Shown one piece after another: positions 18,085-27,976 of a stretch of 32,000 nt of DNA (positions within the stretch are counted from its first letter, which is position 1; every line of letters begins with the position of its first letter). The position numbers were made by a program, and so were the translations under genes. Source of the stretch: Pseudomonas aeruginosa (GTDB lineage Bacteria > Pseudomonadota > Gammaproteobacteria > Pseudomonadales > Pseudomonadaceae); contig NZ_LN831024.1 of assembly GCF_001457615.1 (NCBI RefSeq), positions 780,001 to 812,000 of the forward strand. Direction: 5' to 3'. Below the pieces are notes generated by a model. That model had not been told where the DNA came from. It worked only from the letters and a program-made list of their open reading frames with translations, and made no database searches.

Positions 18085-18783
18085 ATGTTCGAGTTCGATT
18101 TCTCCCTGCTGCTGCGCGGCCAGTACCATGAGATGCTGGTCGCCGGCCTGCTGCTGTCGCTGAAGCTGGCCGCCGTCACCCTGGTCTTCGCCGTGCCGCT
18201 GGCGATGCTGGTGGCGCTGCTGCGCCTGGCGCCGTTCCGCGCCCTGCAATGGCTCGGTTTCGCCTATGTCGAGAGCATCCGCAACGTACCGCTGCTGGCG
18301 CACATGCTGTTCTGGTACTTCGCCGCGCCGGAATGGCTACCCGAGGACCTCAAGGCGTGGCTCTACGCCGGCAACATCGAGGCCGCCAGCGCTATCGTCG
18401 CGCTGACCCTGTACACCGCCGCGTTCATGAGCGAGGACATGCGCAGCGGCATCCGCGCGGTGCCCACGGTGCAACTGGAGGCCGCCCGCGCGCTGGGCTT
18501 CGGCTACCTGGCGAGCATGCGCCTGGTGATCCTCCCGCAGGCCTTGCGGATCACCGTACCGCCGCTGATCTCGCAAACCCTCAACCTGTGGAAGAACACC
18601 AGCATCGCCACGGTGATCGGCGTCGCCGAGCTGATGTACCAGGCCGGCCAGGTGGAGAGTTCGACCTTCCGCAGCTTCGAGTCCTTTGCCTTCGCCACCG
18701 CGGCCTATCTCAGCGTATCGCTGCTGATCACCGGCGCCGCCGCCTGGTACCAGCAGCGCTATCCGGGAGTCGAACGGCGATGA
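18085..18783 (+). CDS. Polar amino-acid-type ABC transporter permease 1 (232 aa)
   Basis: HisM/GlnP-type permease: LLLSLKLAAVTLVFAVPLAMLVALLRLAPFRALQWLGFAYVESIRNVPLLAHMLFWYF ... [48 protein letters not shown]. Confidence 0.93.
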   Translation: MFEFDFSLLLRGQYHEMLVAGLLLSLKLAAVTLVFAVPLAMLVALLRLAPFRALQWLGFAYVESIRNVPLLAHMLFWYFAAPEWLPEDLKAWLYAGNIEAASAIVALTLYTAAFMSEDMRSGIRAVPTVQLEAARALGFGYLASMRLVILPQALRITVPPLISQTLNLWKNTSIATVIGVAELMYQAGQVESSTFRSFESFAFATAAYLSVSLLITGAAAWYQQRYPGVERR

Positions 18784-19484
18784 CCACCCTGGAACTGATC
18801 GATAGCTACTGGCTGTACTTCCTCGTCGGCCAGTACCCCAACGGGCCGCTGGGCGGGCTGGCCCTGACCCTGGTCCTGGCCTCGCTGGCGCTGCTGCTGG
18901 CGCTGCCACTGGGCATCCTGCTCGGCCTGGCGCGGGTCAGCCCCTGGCGCTGGCTGCGCTGGCCGATCACCGCGCTGGTCTTCGTGGTGCGCGGGGTGCC
19001 GTTGCTGATGGTGATCTTCTGGGCCTATTTCTTCCTGCCGACCCTCACCGGCCAGCGCACCGACCAGTTCACCACCATGCTGCTGGCGCTTGTGCTGTTC
19101 GACGCGGTGTACCTGGCCGAGATCGTCCGCGCCGGCATCCAGGGCCTCGACCGTGGCCAGTTCGAGGCGGCGCGTTCGCTCGGCCTGGGCTACCTGGCGA
19201 GCATGCGCCTGGTGATCCTCCCGCAGGCGCTGCGCAACATGCTGCCGTCGTTGGTCAACCAATTCGTCTCGACGATCAAGGAGACCTCCCTAGGCTACAT
19301 CATCGGCCTGGCCGAAGTCAGCTTCATCGCCTCGCAGATCAATACCCAGGTATTCACCCTGCCGACCCAGGTCTACCTGATCCTCGGCCTCACCTATTTC
19401 ATCCTGTGCTTCGGACTGTCGCGTTTCGCCTTCTGGCTCGAACGCCGCCAGGCGCAGCGTGGCAATCCCAAGGAGGCCCGATGA
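18780..19484 (+). CDS. Polar amino-acid-type ABC transporter permease 2 (234 aa)
   Basis: [36 protein letters not shown]...[57 protein letters not shown] at 18780 overlaps the upstream TGA (ATGA). Confidence 0.93.
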   Translation: MTTLELIDSYWLYFLVGQYPNGPLGGLALTLVLASLALLLALPLGILLGLARVSPWRWLRWPITALVFVVRGVPLLMVIFWAYFFLPTLTGQRTDQFTTMLLALVLFDAVYLAEIVRAGIQGLDRGQFEAARSLGLGYLASMRLVILPQALRNMLPSLVNQFVSTIKETSLGYIIGLAEVSFIASQINTQVFTLPTQVYLILGLTYFILCFGLSRFAFWLERRQAQRGNPKEAR

Positions 19485-20224
19485 TCCGGCTGGAAAAGGT
19501 CAACAAATGGTACGGCGCCTACCACGCCCTGGCGGATGTCGACGAACAGGTCGGCCGCGGTGAGGTGGTGGTGGTCTGCGGACCCTCGGGCTCCGGAAAA
19601 TCCACCCTGATCCGTACCCTGAACCGCCTGGAACCGATCCAGGGCGGGCGCATCCTGATCGATGGCCAGGACATCCACGCTCCCGGCCTGGACCTCAATC
19701 GCTTCCGCTCGCACATCGGCTTCGTGTTCCAGCAGTTCAATCTGTTCCCGCACCTGAACGTGCTGGACAACTGCACCCTGGCGCCGCTCCGTTTGCGCGG
19801 CCTGAAACCCGCGGAGGCACGCCGCCAGGCCATGGCGCTGCTGGAGCGGGTCGGCCTGGCGGACAAAGCGGCGGCGTTCCCCGCGCGGCTTTCCGGCGGC
19901 CAGCAGCAGCGCGTGGCGATCGCCCGCGCGCTGGCGATGGAGCCGCCGCTGATGCTGTTCGACGAACCGACCAGCGCCCTCGACCCGGAGATGGTCGGCG
20001 AGGTGCTGCTGGTGATGCGCGACCTGGCCCGCGACGGCATGACCATGGTGGTGGTAACGCATGAGATGGGCTTCGCCCACGACGTCGCCGACCGCGTGCT
20101 GTTCATGGACGCCGGCCGGGTGCTGGAGCGCGCCAGCCCCGACGATTTCTTCAACCGCCCGCAGCACCCGCGTGCGCGGAAGTTCCTCGCCGACATCCGC
20201 ACCCCCTTCGCCCAACCCCTGTGA
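19481..20224 (+). CDS. Polar amino-acid-type ABC transporter ATP-binding protein (247 aa)
   Basis: [24 protein letters not shown]...[25 protein letters not shown]...[40 protein letters not shown]...[18 protein letters not shown]: Walker A/B and signature motif. Confidence 0.94.
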   Translation: MIRLEKVNKWYGAYHALADVDEQVGRGEVVVVCGPSGSGKSTLIRTLNRLEPIQGGRILIDGQDIHAPGLDLNRFRSHIGFVFQQFNLFPHLNVLDNCTLAPLRLRGLKPAEARRQAMALLERVGLADKAAAFPARLSGGQQQRVAIARALAMEPPLMLFDEPTSALDPEMVGEVLLVMRDLARDGMTMVVVTHEMGFAHDVADRVLFMDAGRVLERASPDDFFNRPQHPRARKFLADIRTPFAQPL

Positions 20225-20232
20225 GGAACGCC

Positions 20233-21237
20233 ATGAGCACTCCGAGTCTGCCGATCATCGATATCGCCGCCCTTGCCGGCAGCGACCCGGCGGCGCGACG
20301 GTCGGTCGCCGTGCGAATCGACCGCGCCTGCCGCGAGCAGGGCTTCTTCTACGTGGTCGGGCACGGCGTCGAGGCGCAACTGGTCGAGCGCCTGGAGCGC
20401 CTGGCGCGGCAGTTCTTCGCCCTCGACGAGACGAGCAAGCTGCGCTGGCGCATGGAGCTTGGCGGGCGCGCCTGGCGCGGCTATTTCCCTCTTGGCGGCG
20501 AACTGACCTCCAACCGCCCGGACTGGAAGGAAGGCTTGTACCTGGGCAGCGAACTGGACGCTGAGCATCCCGAAGTGCGCGCCGGGACGCCGCTGCATGG
20601 CGCCAACCTGTTCCCCGAGGTGCCCGGCCTGCGCGAGACGCTGCTGGAGTACCTGGACGCAACCACCCGCGTCGGCCACCGGCTGATGGAGGGCATCGCC
20701 CTCGGTCTGGGACTGGAAGCCGACTACTTCGCCGCGCGCTATACCGGCGATCCGCTGATCCTCTTCCGCCTGTTCAATTACCCGAGCCAGCCAGTACCGG
20801 AGGGCCTCGACGTGCAGTGGGGCGTCGGCGAACACACCGACTACGGCCTGCTCACGCTGCTCCACCAGGACGCCATCGGCGGCCTGCAGGTGCGCACCCC
20901 ACAGGGCTGGCTGGAGGCTCCGCCGATACCGGGCTCGTTCGTCTGCAACCTCGGAGACATGCTCGAACGCATGACCGGCGGCCTCTACCGCAGCACGCCG
21001 CACCGGGTGGCACGCAACACTTCGGGGCGCGACCGCCTGTCGTTCCCGCTGTTCTTCGATCCGAACTTCCATGCCCGCGTGCAGCCCATCGAAGGGCTGC
21101 CCGAGGTGCCGGAACAGGATGACAGCGCCCGTCGCTGGGACCAGGCCAACGTCCACGCTTTCCACGGCGAGTACGGCGACTACCTGCTGAACAAGGTGGC
21201 CAAGGTATTCCCGCAGTTGCGCCGCGACCTGCTCTAG
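20233..21237 (+). CDS. Isopenicillin-N-synthase-like 2OG/Fe(II)-dependent oxygenase family protein (334 aa)
   Basis: [46 protein letters not shown]...[24 protein letters not shown]...[27 protein letters not shown]: HxD...H and RxS metal/2OG-binding motifs. Starts 8 bp after the ATPase stop. Confidence 0.9.
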   Translation: MSTPSLPIIDIAALAGSDPAARRSVAVRIDRACREQGFFYVVGHGVEAQLVERLERLARQFFALDETSKLRWRMELGGRAWRGYFPLGGELTSNRPDWKEGLYLGSELDAEHPEVRAGTPLHGANLFPEVPGLRETLLEYLDATTRVGHRLMEGIALGLGLEADYFAARYTGDPLILFRLFNYPSQPVPEGLDVQWGVGEHTDYGLLTLLHQDAIGGLQVRTPQGWLEAPPIPGSFVCNLGDMLERMTGGLYRSTPHRVARNTSGRDRLSFPLFFDPNFHARVQPIEGLPEVPEQDDSARRWDQANVHAFHGEYGDYLLNKVAKVFPQLRRDLL

Positions 21238-21239
21238 GC

Positions 21240-21269
21240 GCGCGGCCGGACGCTACGCTCCGGCCGCGC
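21240..21269. terminator. Probable bidirectional terminator between the ABC/oxygenase operon and pqsL
   Basis: GCGCGGCCGGA-CGCTACGC-TCCGGCCGCGC: perfect 11-bp stem in the 40-bp convergent gap. Confidence 0.65.
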
Positions 21270-21277
21270 TGGCGGGT

Positions 21278-22474
21278 TCAGCCGAGCGGCGCCGGCGACC
21301 GCACCGGCTGGTAGGAGCGCTCGCCGCCCAGGGCTTCCGGCGTACGGCTGCTGCCCTGCAGGGCGGTGTCGAAGACCCCGGCGAAGCGCTGGCGATCCTC
21401 CAGGCTGGTGGCCAGCGCATGGCCATAGGAGACGATCGCCTGGTTCACCGGGAAGCGCTCGGCCTGGTAGCCGGCCAGGGCATCCTCCAGCGCGCAGGCG
21501 TCGCGCAAGGCCAGGTCGAGGGCGTCGGCCAGGGCGCTGGCGTCCTCGATGGCCAGGTTCATGCCCTGGCCGGTGATCGGATGCACGTTGTGGATGGCGT
21601 CGCCGAGCATCGCCACGTTGTCCGCCCAGTAGCGGTCCAGGTTCAGGTAGCCGATGGGGATGCCCTTGAAGCGCGAAGTGCCGGTGACGGCGGCGATCGC
21701 CTCGGCGCTCTCGTCGCCGACGAAGCGTTGCAAGCGTCGGCGCAGCGACTCGCCGCGGGTGTCGGCCATCAGCTCGCGCGCCTCCTCCCTGGGGAAGCTC
21801 ACCACCAGTCGCGCGCGGTCGAAACCGATCGGATAGAAGTAGGCCAGCCCGCCCTGCGAGTCCACGTACAGGCGGTTGCGCTCGGCCACGCAGGGCGCCA
21901 GGGCGAAGGTGCCGACCAGCATCGGCGACGGGTAGGGGCGGCGTTCCACATCGATATCGAGCAGCCGGCGGCGCACGTAGGAGGCGATACCGTCGGCTCC
22001 CACCACCACCCGCGGACGCAGCACGCGGCCGTCGTTCAGGCGCACCTGGTCGATCGCGTGGCGCTCGTCGCGCTGCACCGCTTCGATGCGGGTCTCGAAC
22101 AGCATCTCGACGGTCGCTTCGCCGTCGATCTTTTCCAGTACCAGGCGGCGCAGCGACTCGCAGGGCATGAGGATGAAATAGCCGCGCGCGTCGACGCTGG
22201 AATAGTTGAAATAGCGAAGCAGCTCGCCGTCGTGATAGACCTCCAGCTCATGGCGGACCCGCCCACCGCGACGGGTCACCTCGGCCAACAACCCGGCCGC
22301 CTCGACCACCCGGATGCCGGCCGGCTTGAGCAGGTCGGCGCCGTTGATCGCGCGTTCGCGCCGTGCCTGCTCCACTACCACCACGCGGTGGCCCTGGCGG
22401 CCGAGCAGGTAGGCGAGCATCGCCCCGCCGATGCCGCAGCCGTTGATCAGTACATCGATATGGTTGTCCGTCAT
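21278..22474 (-). CDS. pqsL: FAD-dependent monooxygenase PqsL (398 aa)
   Basis: MTDNHIDVLINGCGIGGAMLAYLLGRQGHRVVVVEQARRERAINGADLLKPAGIRVVEAAGL...VVVGADGIASYVRRRLL...MLGDAIHNVHPITGQGMNLAIEDASALADAL: group A flavin monooxygenase, recognised as PqsL; start ATG at 22474. Confidence 0.9.
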   Translation of the reverse strand: MTDNHIDVLINGCGIGGAMLAYLLGRQGHRVVVVEQARRERAINGADLLKPAGIRVVEAAGLLAEVTRRGGRVRHELEVYHDGELLRYFNYSSVDARGYFILMPCESLRRLVLEKIDGEATVEMLFETRIEAVQRDERHAIDQVRLNDGRVLRPRVVVGADGIASYVRRRLLDIDVERRPYPSPMLVGTFALAPCVAERNRLYVDSQGGLAYFYPIGFDRARLVVSFPREEARELMADTRGESLRRRLQRFVGDESAEAIAAVTGTSRFKGIPIGYLNLDRYWADNVAMLGDAIHNVHPITGQGMNLAIEDASALADALDLALRDACALEDALAGYQAERFPVNQAIVSYGHALATSLEDRQRFAGVFDTALQGSSRTPEALGGERSYQPVRSPAPLG

Positions 22475-22641
22475 GGATGAGTCTCCGTGTCGTTCCTGGC
22501 GGAAAAGGGAAGGGTGGAGGCAGCAGCATAGCGACGGAACGTTATGCAGAATGGGTGTTGTCTGCACTTGGTCGCCTGTCCGGCCCGGTTGTCCGGTCTC
22601 GCTGCCAGGCGGGAGTGCCGGCCCTTGCGGGCCGGACAGCT

Positions 22642-24132
22642 TCAGGAAGCGTCGATCCAGATGGTCTTCAACTCTGTGTACTGGTCGTGTGCCCAGACCG
22701 ACTTGTCGCGACCGCCGAAGCCTGACTCCTTGTAGCCGCCGAAGGGCGTCGAGGCGTCGCCCTCGCCGAAGCAGTTGACGGTGACGATCCCCGCACGGAT
22801 CTCCCGCGACAGGCGCAGTGCGTGGCGCAGGCTGCCGGTGTAGGCCGAGGCGGCGAGGCCGTAGACGGTGTCGTTGGCCAGGGCGATGGCTTCGTCGATG
22901 TCGTCGAAAGAGGTGACCGAGAGCAGCGGGCCGAAGATTTCCTCGCGGAACAGCCGGCTGTGCGGCGAGACGCCATCGACCACGGTCGGCTCGACGAAGA
23001 TGCCAGCCTCGGTGGCGCCGCCGAAGCGCACCGCCAACCGCTCCGTCCTGGCCTGGTCGAGGTACGCGCGGACCTTCTCGAAGTGCGCCGGGCTGACCAG
23101 CGCGCCGAGGCGATTACGCGGATCCAGCGGGTCGCCCATGCGCCACTCGCGGAGCTGCGCGCCGATGCGTTCGAGCAGCGCCTCGCGGACCTCGGCGTGG
23201 ACGATCAGCCGCGAGGACGCCGAGCAGTTCTCGCCCATGTTCCAGAACGCGCCGTTGACCACGTGTTGCGCCACCAGGTCGAGGTCCTCGACATCGTTCA
23301 TCACCACCGCCGGGTTCTTGCCGCCGCACTCCAGTACCACCCGCTTGAGGTTGGACTCGGCGGCGTACTTGAGGAACAGGCGGCCGGTCGCGGTGGAGCC
23401 GGTGAAGCTGACCATCGCCACGTCCGGGTGGCGGCCCAGCGGTTCGCCGGCCTCGCGGCCGCCGCCGGGGACCACGTTGAACACCCCGGCGGGGATCCCC
23501 GCCTGGCTGGCCAGTTCGGCGACGCGCAGGGCGGTCAGGCTGGTCTCGGGGGCCGGCTTGACCACTACGGAGCAGCCTGCCGCCAGCGCCGGGCCGATCT
23601 TCCAGGCGAGCATCAGCAGCGGGAAGTTCCACGGCAGCACCAGGCCGACCACGCCGATCGGCTCGCGTACCACCATGGCCAGCGCCGCCGAACCGACCGG
23701 GGCGGTGCTGTCGTAGATCTTGTCGATCAGTTCGGCATGCCAGCGCAGGGTATTGATGGTTTCCGGCAGGTCGGTGTGCTGGCATTCGCGGATCGGCTTG
23801 CCGCTGTCGAGGCTCTCCATCACCGCCAGTTCCAGCAGGTGCTCTTCCAGCAGCTCGGCCAGGCGCAGCAGCGCCGCCTTGCGCTCGGCGGGCGTGCGCG
23901 AGCGCCAGCGGCCGTCCTCGAACGCCCGCCGCGCGCTGGCCACGGCGTGCCCGACGTCCTCCGCGTCGCAGGCGGCGACCTGCGCCAGCAGCTCGCCGGT
24001 GGCCGGGTTGGTCGAGGCGAAGGTGCGGCCGCCGCAGGCATCGCGGAACCCTCCGTCGATGAAGGCGCGCTGGGGAAGGTCCAGCGTCGCGGCGATGGCC
24101 GCGTATTCCTCCCGGCTCAGCAGCTCAGTCAT
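22642..24132 (-). CDS. NAD(P)-dependent aldehyde dehydrogenase (496 aa)
   Basis: GLVLPWNFPLLMLAWKIGPALAAGCSVVVKPAPETSLTALRVAELA...VSFTGSTATGRLFLKYAA...VVLECGGKNPAVVMNDVEDLDLVAQHVVNGAFWNMGENCSASSRLIVH: ALDH motifs with catalytic Cys. ATG at 24132 preferred (GTG at 24141 possible); overlaps the upstream gene's stop. Confidence 0.92.
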   Translation of the reverse strand: MTELLSREEYAAIAATLDLPQRAFIDGGFRDACGGRTFASTNPATGELLAQVAACDAEDVGHAVASARRAFEDGRWRSRTPAERKAALLRLAELLEEHLLELAVMESLDSGKPIRECQHTDLPETINTLRWHAELIDKIYDSTAPVGSAALAMVVREPIGVVGLVLPWNFPLLMLAWKIGPALAAGCSVVVKPAPETSLTALRVAELASQAGIPAGVFNVVPGGGREAGEPLGRHPDVAMVSFTGSTATGRLFLKYAAESNLKRVVLECGGKNPAVVMNDVEDLDLVAQHVVNGAFWNMGENCSASSRLIVHAEVREALLERIGAQLREWRMGDPLDPRNRLGALVSPAHFEKVRAYLDQARTERLAVRFGGATEAGIFVEPTVVDGVSPHSRLFREEIFGPLLSVTSFDDIDEAIALANDTVYGLAASAYTGSLRHALRLSREIRAGIVTVNCFGEGDASTPFGGYKESGFGGRDKSVWAHDQYTELKTIWIDAS

Positions 24133-25036
24133 GGCGGCCACCCTCGACGATCCGCGCGACCTCGCCCTTGAGCCTGGCGACGATCTCCGCCAGTGCCGCC
24201 TTGCCGGCCTCGTCCAGCGCCTTCAGCGGCGCACGTACGCCGCCGGCGCGCAGGCCGGCCAGCTCGCAGCCGTGCTTGATCGACTGGACGAAGTGACCGC
24301 TTTCGAGAAAGTCCATCAGCGGCATCATCGCCGCCATGATGCGCCGGCCCTTGGCGAAGTCGTTCTCGACCACGCAGGCCTGGTACAGGGCGAGGTGTTC
24401 GCCAGGGATGAAGTTGGAGCCGGCGCAGACCCAACTGCGCGCGCCCCAGGCGAAGAACTCCAGGGCCTGGTCGTCCCAGCCGCAGGACAAGGCGATCCGC
24501 GGGTGGCGGCAGGCCAGGCGGTGCAATTGCGCGGTGGAGCCGGAGCTTTCCTTGATCGCGACGATGTTGCGGCAGCCGGCGACGGCGGCGAAGAACGCCT
24601 CGTCCATCTCCACGCCCATCCGCGCCGGATAGTTGTAGAGCATGATCGGCAGGCCGGCGGCGCGATCCACCGCCAGCACGTGCTCGGCGATCTCCCGCGA
24701 GGTCGGCAGCGCGTAGGGCGGCGAGCCGACCAGGATGGCGTCGGCGCCGATGGCGCGGGCGGCTTCGGCGTAGGCCAGCGAGTCCTCGGTGCGGATCGCG
24801 CCGGTTCCCACCACCAGCGGCAGGCGCCCGGCGATGACTTCGCTGGCGTGGGCGGCGAGGGCCAGGCGTTCCTCGGCGGTGTGCGCGTAGTACTCGCCGG
24901 TGGAGCCGCCGATCACGATGCCGTGCACCTTCGACTCGACGAGAAACTCCAGGACCTCGGCGAAGGCCTGGGTGTCGATGCTGCCGTCGGCGCTCAGCGG
25001 GGTGATGGCGGGGGTATAGATACCTTCGAATTTCAC
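24125..25036 (-). CDS. Dihydrodipicolinate synthase/N-acetylneuraminate lyase family protein (303 aa)
   Basis: MKFEGIYTPAITPLSADGSIDTQAFAEVLEFLVESKVHGIVIGGSTGEYYAHTAEERLALAAHASEVIAGRLPLVVGTGA...PIMLYNYPARMGVEMD...IVAIKESSG: DapA-like (beta/alpha)8 aldolase motifs (Y and K of the Schiff-base site). Confidence 0.92.
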   Translation of the reverse strand: MKFEGIYTPAITPLSADGSIDTQAFAEVLEFLVESKVHGIVIGGSTGEYYAHTAEERLALAAHASEVIAGRLPLVVGTGAIRTEDSLAYAEAARAIGADAILVGSPPYALPTSREIAEHVLAVDRAAGLPIMLYNYPARMGVEMDEAFFAAVAGCRNIVAIKESSGSTAQLHRLACRHPRIALSCGWDDQALEFFAWGARSWVCAGSNFIPGEHLALYQACVVENDFAKGRRIMAAMMPLMDFLESGHFVQSIKHGCELAGLRAGGVRAPLKALDEAGKAALAEIVARLKGEVARIVEGGRHD

Positions 25037-25100
25037 GGGGGTTCCTCCTGTGGGATGCTGGGCCGCGGCGCACCCGGCGGACGCTGCCGCGGCGGGTGGT

Positions 25101-26429
25101 TCAGGTGAGCGAAGCCGCCTGCTGCAGGTTCAGCGAACGGGTTTCCGGCGCCAGGGCCCAGGTCACGAGCAGCCCGAGCAGGGTCACCAGCGCGGCGGCG
25201 TACATGGTCTGGGCGGTACCCAGGGTTTCCAGGGAAAGCGGCACCAGGTAGGTGCCCACCGCGGCGCCGACGCGCGATAACGAGGTGCCGACGCCGACCG
25301 CGAAGGCGCGGATCTCGGTGGGGAACAGTTCGTTCGGGTAGACCAGTTGCAGCACCTGGGCGCCGCCGATGAACAGCGCGTAGGCACCGAACAGGCCGAG
25401 GATGGTCGCCTCCGAGCCGGCGTGGAAGACGCCCAGCCCGAGCAGCGCCAGGCCGGACCAGAGGAAGCTGTGCAGCAGCATGCAGCGCCGGCCGATGCGG
25501 TTGATCAGGCGGGTGGCGATGATGCAGCCGATGACGAACAGCAGGGTGATCGCCACCGAACCGTAGGAGGCCCAGTCGCCCTTCAGGTTCAGCGCCAGCA
25601 GCACCTTGGGCGCGAAGGCGTAGACGGCGAACACGGGGATCACCGAGCAGGTCCAGAACAGGGTGACGAAGAGCATGCGCTTGCCGTAGCCGGCGTAGAG
25701 CAGGTGCCAGATGGTGACCTTCCGTTCCAGCGCCTGTTCGGGCAGGTTCTCCAGCGAGAAGGCTTCTCCGTAGACCTGGCGGATGACCCGCTCTGCGTCC
25801 GCGTCGCGGCCCTTGCTCAGCAGCCAGCGCGGCGACTCGGGGGTGCCGATGCGTAGCAGGAACAGCACGGCACCGATCGCCGCGGTGCTGGCCAGTACCA
25901 GGCGCCAGTCGTCCTCGCCGCCGCTGCGCAGGATCAGGTCGCCGACCAGGTAGGCGAAGGCGGCGCCGGCGAACCAGAGGATGGTCAGGGTGGCCAGGCG
26001 CGGTCCGCGATACTTCTTCGGCAGGAACTCCACCAGCAAGGCGGTGGCGACCGGGTACTCGATGCCCACCGCCACGCCGATCAGGAAGCGCAGGACGAAC
26101 AGCGCCGCCGCCGAGTCGACCCCGTACTGCGCCAGGGAAGCGAGGACGAACAGGCTGGGGCCGACGAAGAACAGCCTGCGGCGGCCCAGGCGGTCGGTCA
26201 GCCAGCCGCCGAGGAAACCGCCGAAGAAGATGCCGACCAGCGCCGAGGCGGCGATCATGCCCTGCCAGAAACTGCTCAGTTGCAATGCCGCGGTCATCTG
26301 CAGCATCGCCACGCCGATGATGCTCAGCACGTAGCCGTCGACGAAGGAGCCGCCGCCGGAGCGCAGGGTCAACAGCCGGTGGAAGGCGTTGAGGGGTACG
26401 TCTTCGATCGAGGTCGTAGGATTTGTCAT
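25101..26429 (-). CDS. MFS transporter, sugar/organic-acid-like (442 aa)
   Basis: MTNPTTSIEDVPLNAFHRLLTLRSGGGSFVDGYVLSIIGVAMLQMTAALQLSSFWQGMIAASALVGIFFGGFLGGWLTDRLGRRRLFFVG...: MFS loop motif GWLTDRLGRR, ~12 TM. Confidence 0.92.
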   Translation of the reverse strand: MTNPTTSIEDVPLNAFHRLLTLRSGGGSFVDGYVLSIIGVAMLQMTAALQLSSFWQGMIAASALVGIFFGGFLGGWLTDRLGRRRLFFVGPSLFVLASLAQYGVDSAAALFVLRFLIGVAVGIEYPVATALLVEFLPKKYRGPRLATLTILWFAGAAFAYLVGDLILRSGGEDDWRLVLASTAAIGAVLFLLRIGTPESPRWLLSKGRDADAERVIRQVYGEAFSLENLPEQALERKVTIWHLLYAGYGKRMLFVTLFWTCSVIPVFAVYAFAPKVLLALNLKGDWASYGSVAITLLFVIGCIIATRLINRIGRRCMLLHSFLWSGLALLGLGVFHAGSEATILGLFGAYALFIGGAQVLQLVYPNELFPTEIRAFAVGVGTSLSRVGAAVGTYLVPLSLETLGTAQTMYAAALVTLLGLLVTWALAPETRSLNLQQAASLT

Positions 26430-26485
26430 TATTGTCTCCTGGTTCTAACCGCTGCCGGTGAATTCGGGCCGAGCGAATCCGCGAG

Positions 26486-26550
26486 GCTGGAACGCTCTCC
26501 AGCTCCGGTCTTCAATGGCCGTCTGAATCGAAGTCGGCGCCCGCGGGCGC
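26486..26550. other. Two short dyads between the FAD oxidoreductase and MFS genes (possible terminator/processing region)
   Basis: GCTGGA...TCCAGC (26486-26503) and the 14-bp palindrome GCGCCCGCGGGCGC (26537-26550). Confidence 0.35.
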
Positions 26551-26564
26551 GTTCCTAGGGATGC

Positions 26565-27884
26565 CTAGCTTTCTCTACCTGCTCGATACTGCCCCCACCT
26601 CAGGTTGAGGTTCACGCCAAGGGAAAGGAGTGGTTCGGGTGGATTGCCGCTGGGACCGGGCGCGCGCAGCAGGAAGTCGATCAGCTCGTTGCGTTCGCCC
26701 GCCAGCCAGTCGGCCAGCAGCTTCCCGGTGACGGTCCCGCGGGTTACCCCCAGGCCGTTGCAGCACAGGGCGCCATAGACGTTGGGCGCCAGCTCGCCGA
26801 AGTGCCCCATGTGGTTCCTCGACAGCGCCAGCGAGCCGCCCCAGGTGTAGTCGAAGCCGACTTCCGGGAGCATCGGGAAGCGCTGGCGGAACGAGGCGCG
26901 ATGGCGTACGGCGAAGCGCTCAAGGTACTTCCCGGCGCTGCGTCCGTCAGGGTTGAAGCTGAAGCTGTTGCGGATCAGCAGGCGGTTGTCCGGGGTACGC
27001 CTCACCGTGGTGCCGTAAGGGTCGGCCGGGATCAGGCCCCAGTAGGGGCGCCCGCCGAGGCGGGCCTGCTCCTCGGCATCGAGCGGCCGGGTCAGGCTGG
27101 CGTAGGTGAAGATCGGCAGCATCCGCCCCTGGAGGAAGCCGAAGCTCATGCCGAAGGCGTTGTTGGCGAGGACCAGGCGGTCGGCCAGGATGCTGCCGTG
27201 GGGATGGCTCAGCAGGGTCCTGTCGCCATATTCCACGGCGGTGATCGGTGTGTGTTCGTAGAGGCTGACGTTGCCCGGCAGGCTGTCGGCCAGGCCCTTG
27301 ACCAGGGCCGAGGGCTGCACCAGCAGGGTACCGGGGGTGAACAGGGCCTTGCGATAGAAAGCGGTGCCGATGTGTCCCGGGAGGTCGTCCGCCTCGATCA
27401 CCTCGTAGGCCTGGCCGAGCCGATCGAGGCCGCGCCGGTAGGCGTCGAGCACAGCCACGCCGCGCGCCTCGACGGCCGCCTGGTACTTGCCGCAGGCCTT
27501 CATCTGGCAGTCGATGGCATGGCGCTGCACCTGTTCGCGGAGCAGCGACTGGCCGGCGAGATTGAGCTTCAGGCCGATCCGGGCGGTCGCTATGTCGCCG
27601 ATGTAGTCGTCGGCGCCGATGTCGTGGGGCAGGTCGATGGCGAAGCCGGCGTTGCGCCCGGCGGTACCGAAGCCGACTTCCTGGGCCTCGACCAGGACGA
27701 TCTCCTCGTCGGGAAAATGCAGCGCCAGCTGGCGCGCGGCGGCGAGGCCGGTGAAGCCGGCGCCGACCACCACCCAACGGGCGGCGCTCCTGCCGTAGTG
27801 GGCCGGCTTCGGCCGCCGCGGCGGGCTGAGGTGATACCAGCCGCAGGAACGGTCGTCGGCCGGAAGGTGGGTTACTTTCGTCAT
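26565..27884 (-). CDS. FAD-dependent oxidoreductase, DAO/PuuB-like (439 aa)
   Basis: MTKVTHLPADDRSCGWYHLSPPRRPKPAHYGRSAARWVVVGAGFTGLAAARQLALHFPDEEIVLVEAQEVGFGTAGRNAGFAIDLPHD...GGSLALSRNHMGHFGELAPNVYGALCCNGLGVTRGTVTGKLLADWLAG. The track ORF overextends to 28568; start taken as ATG at 27884. Confidence 0.9.
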   Translation of the reverse strand: MTKVTHLPADDRSCGWYHLSPPRRPKPAHYGRSAARWVVVGAGFTGLAAARQLALHFPDEEIVLVEAQEVGFGTAGRNAGFAIDLPHDIGADDYIGDIATARIGLKLNLAGQSLLREQVQRHAIDCQMKACGKYQAAVEARGVAVLDAYRRGLDRLGQAYEVIEADDLPGHIGTAFYRKALFTPGTLLVQPSALVKGLADSLPGNVSLYEHTPITAVEYGDRTLLSHPHGSILADRLVLANNAFGMSFGFLQGRMLPIFTYASLTRPLDAEEQARLGGRPYWGLIPADPYGTTVRRTPDNRLLIRNSFSFNPDGRSAGKYLERFAVRHRASFRQRFPMLPEVGFDYTWGGSLALSRNHMGHFGELAPNVYGALCCNGLGVTRGTVTGKLLADWLAGERNELIDFLLRAPGPSGNPPEPLLSLGVNLNLRWGQYRAGRES

Positions 27885-27976
27885 CGCAGGGACCTGACTC
27901 TTGTTATTGGAACCCGGTAACCATCCCCTGCGTGACCGCCTCCGCTTCTCGGGCGGGGCCGTGGCGCGGGGGCTCG

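Noticed and set aside
19519-21165. 548-aa minus-strand ORF antisense to the ATPase and 2OG oxygenase genes
   Set aside because: Spans two genuine genes on the other strand and has no recognisable motifs.
21278-22567. pqsL as part of the upstream ABC transporter/oxygenase operon
   Set aside because: It is convergent and separated by a strong bidirectional stem-loop; adjacency alone does not support functional coupling.
21419-24171. 353-aa and 449-aa plus-strand ORFs opposite pqsL and ALDH
   Set aside because: Shadow ORFs; the minus-strand frames carry diagnostic FAD-monooxygenase and ALDH motifs.
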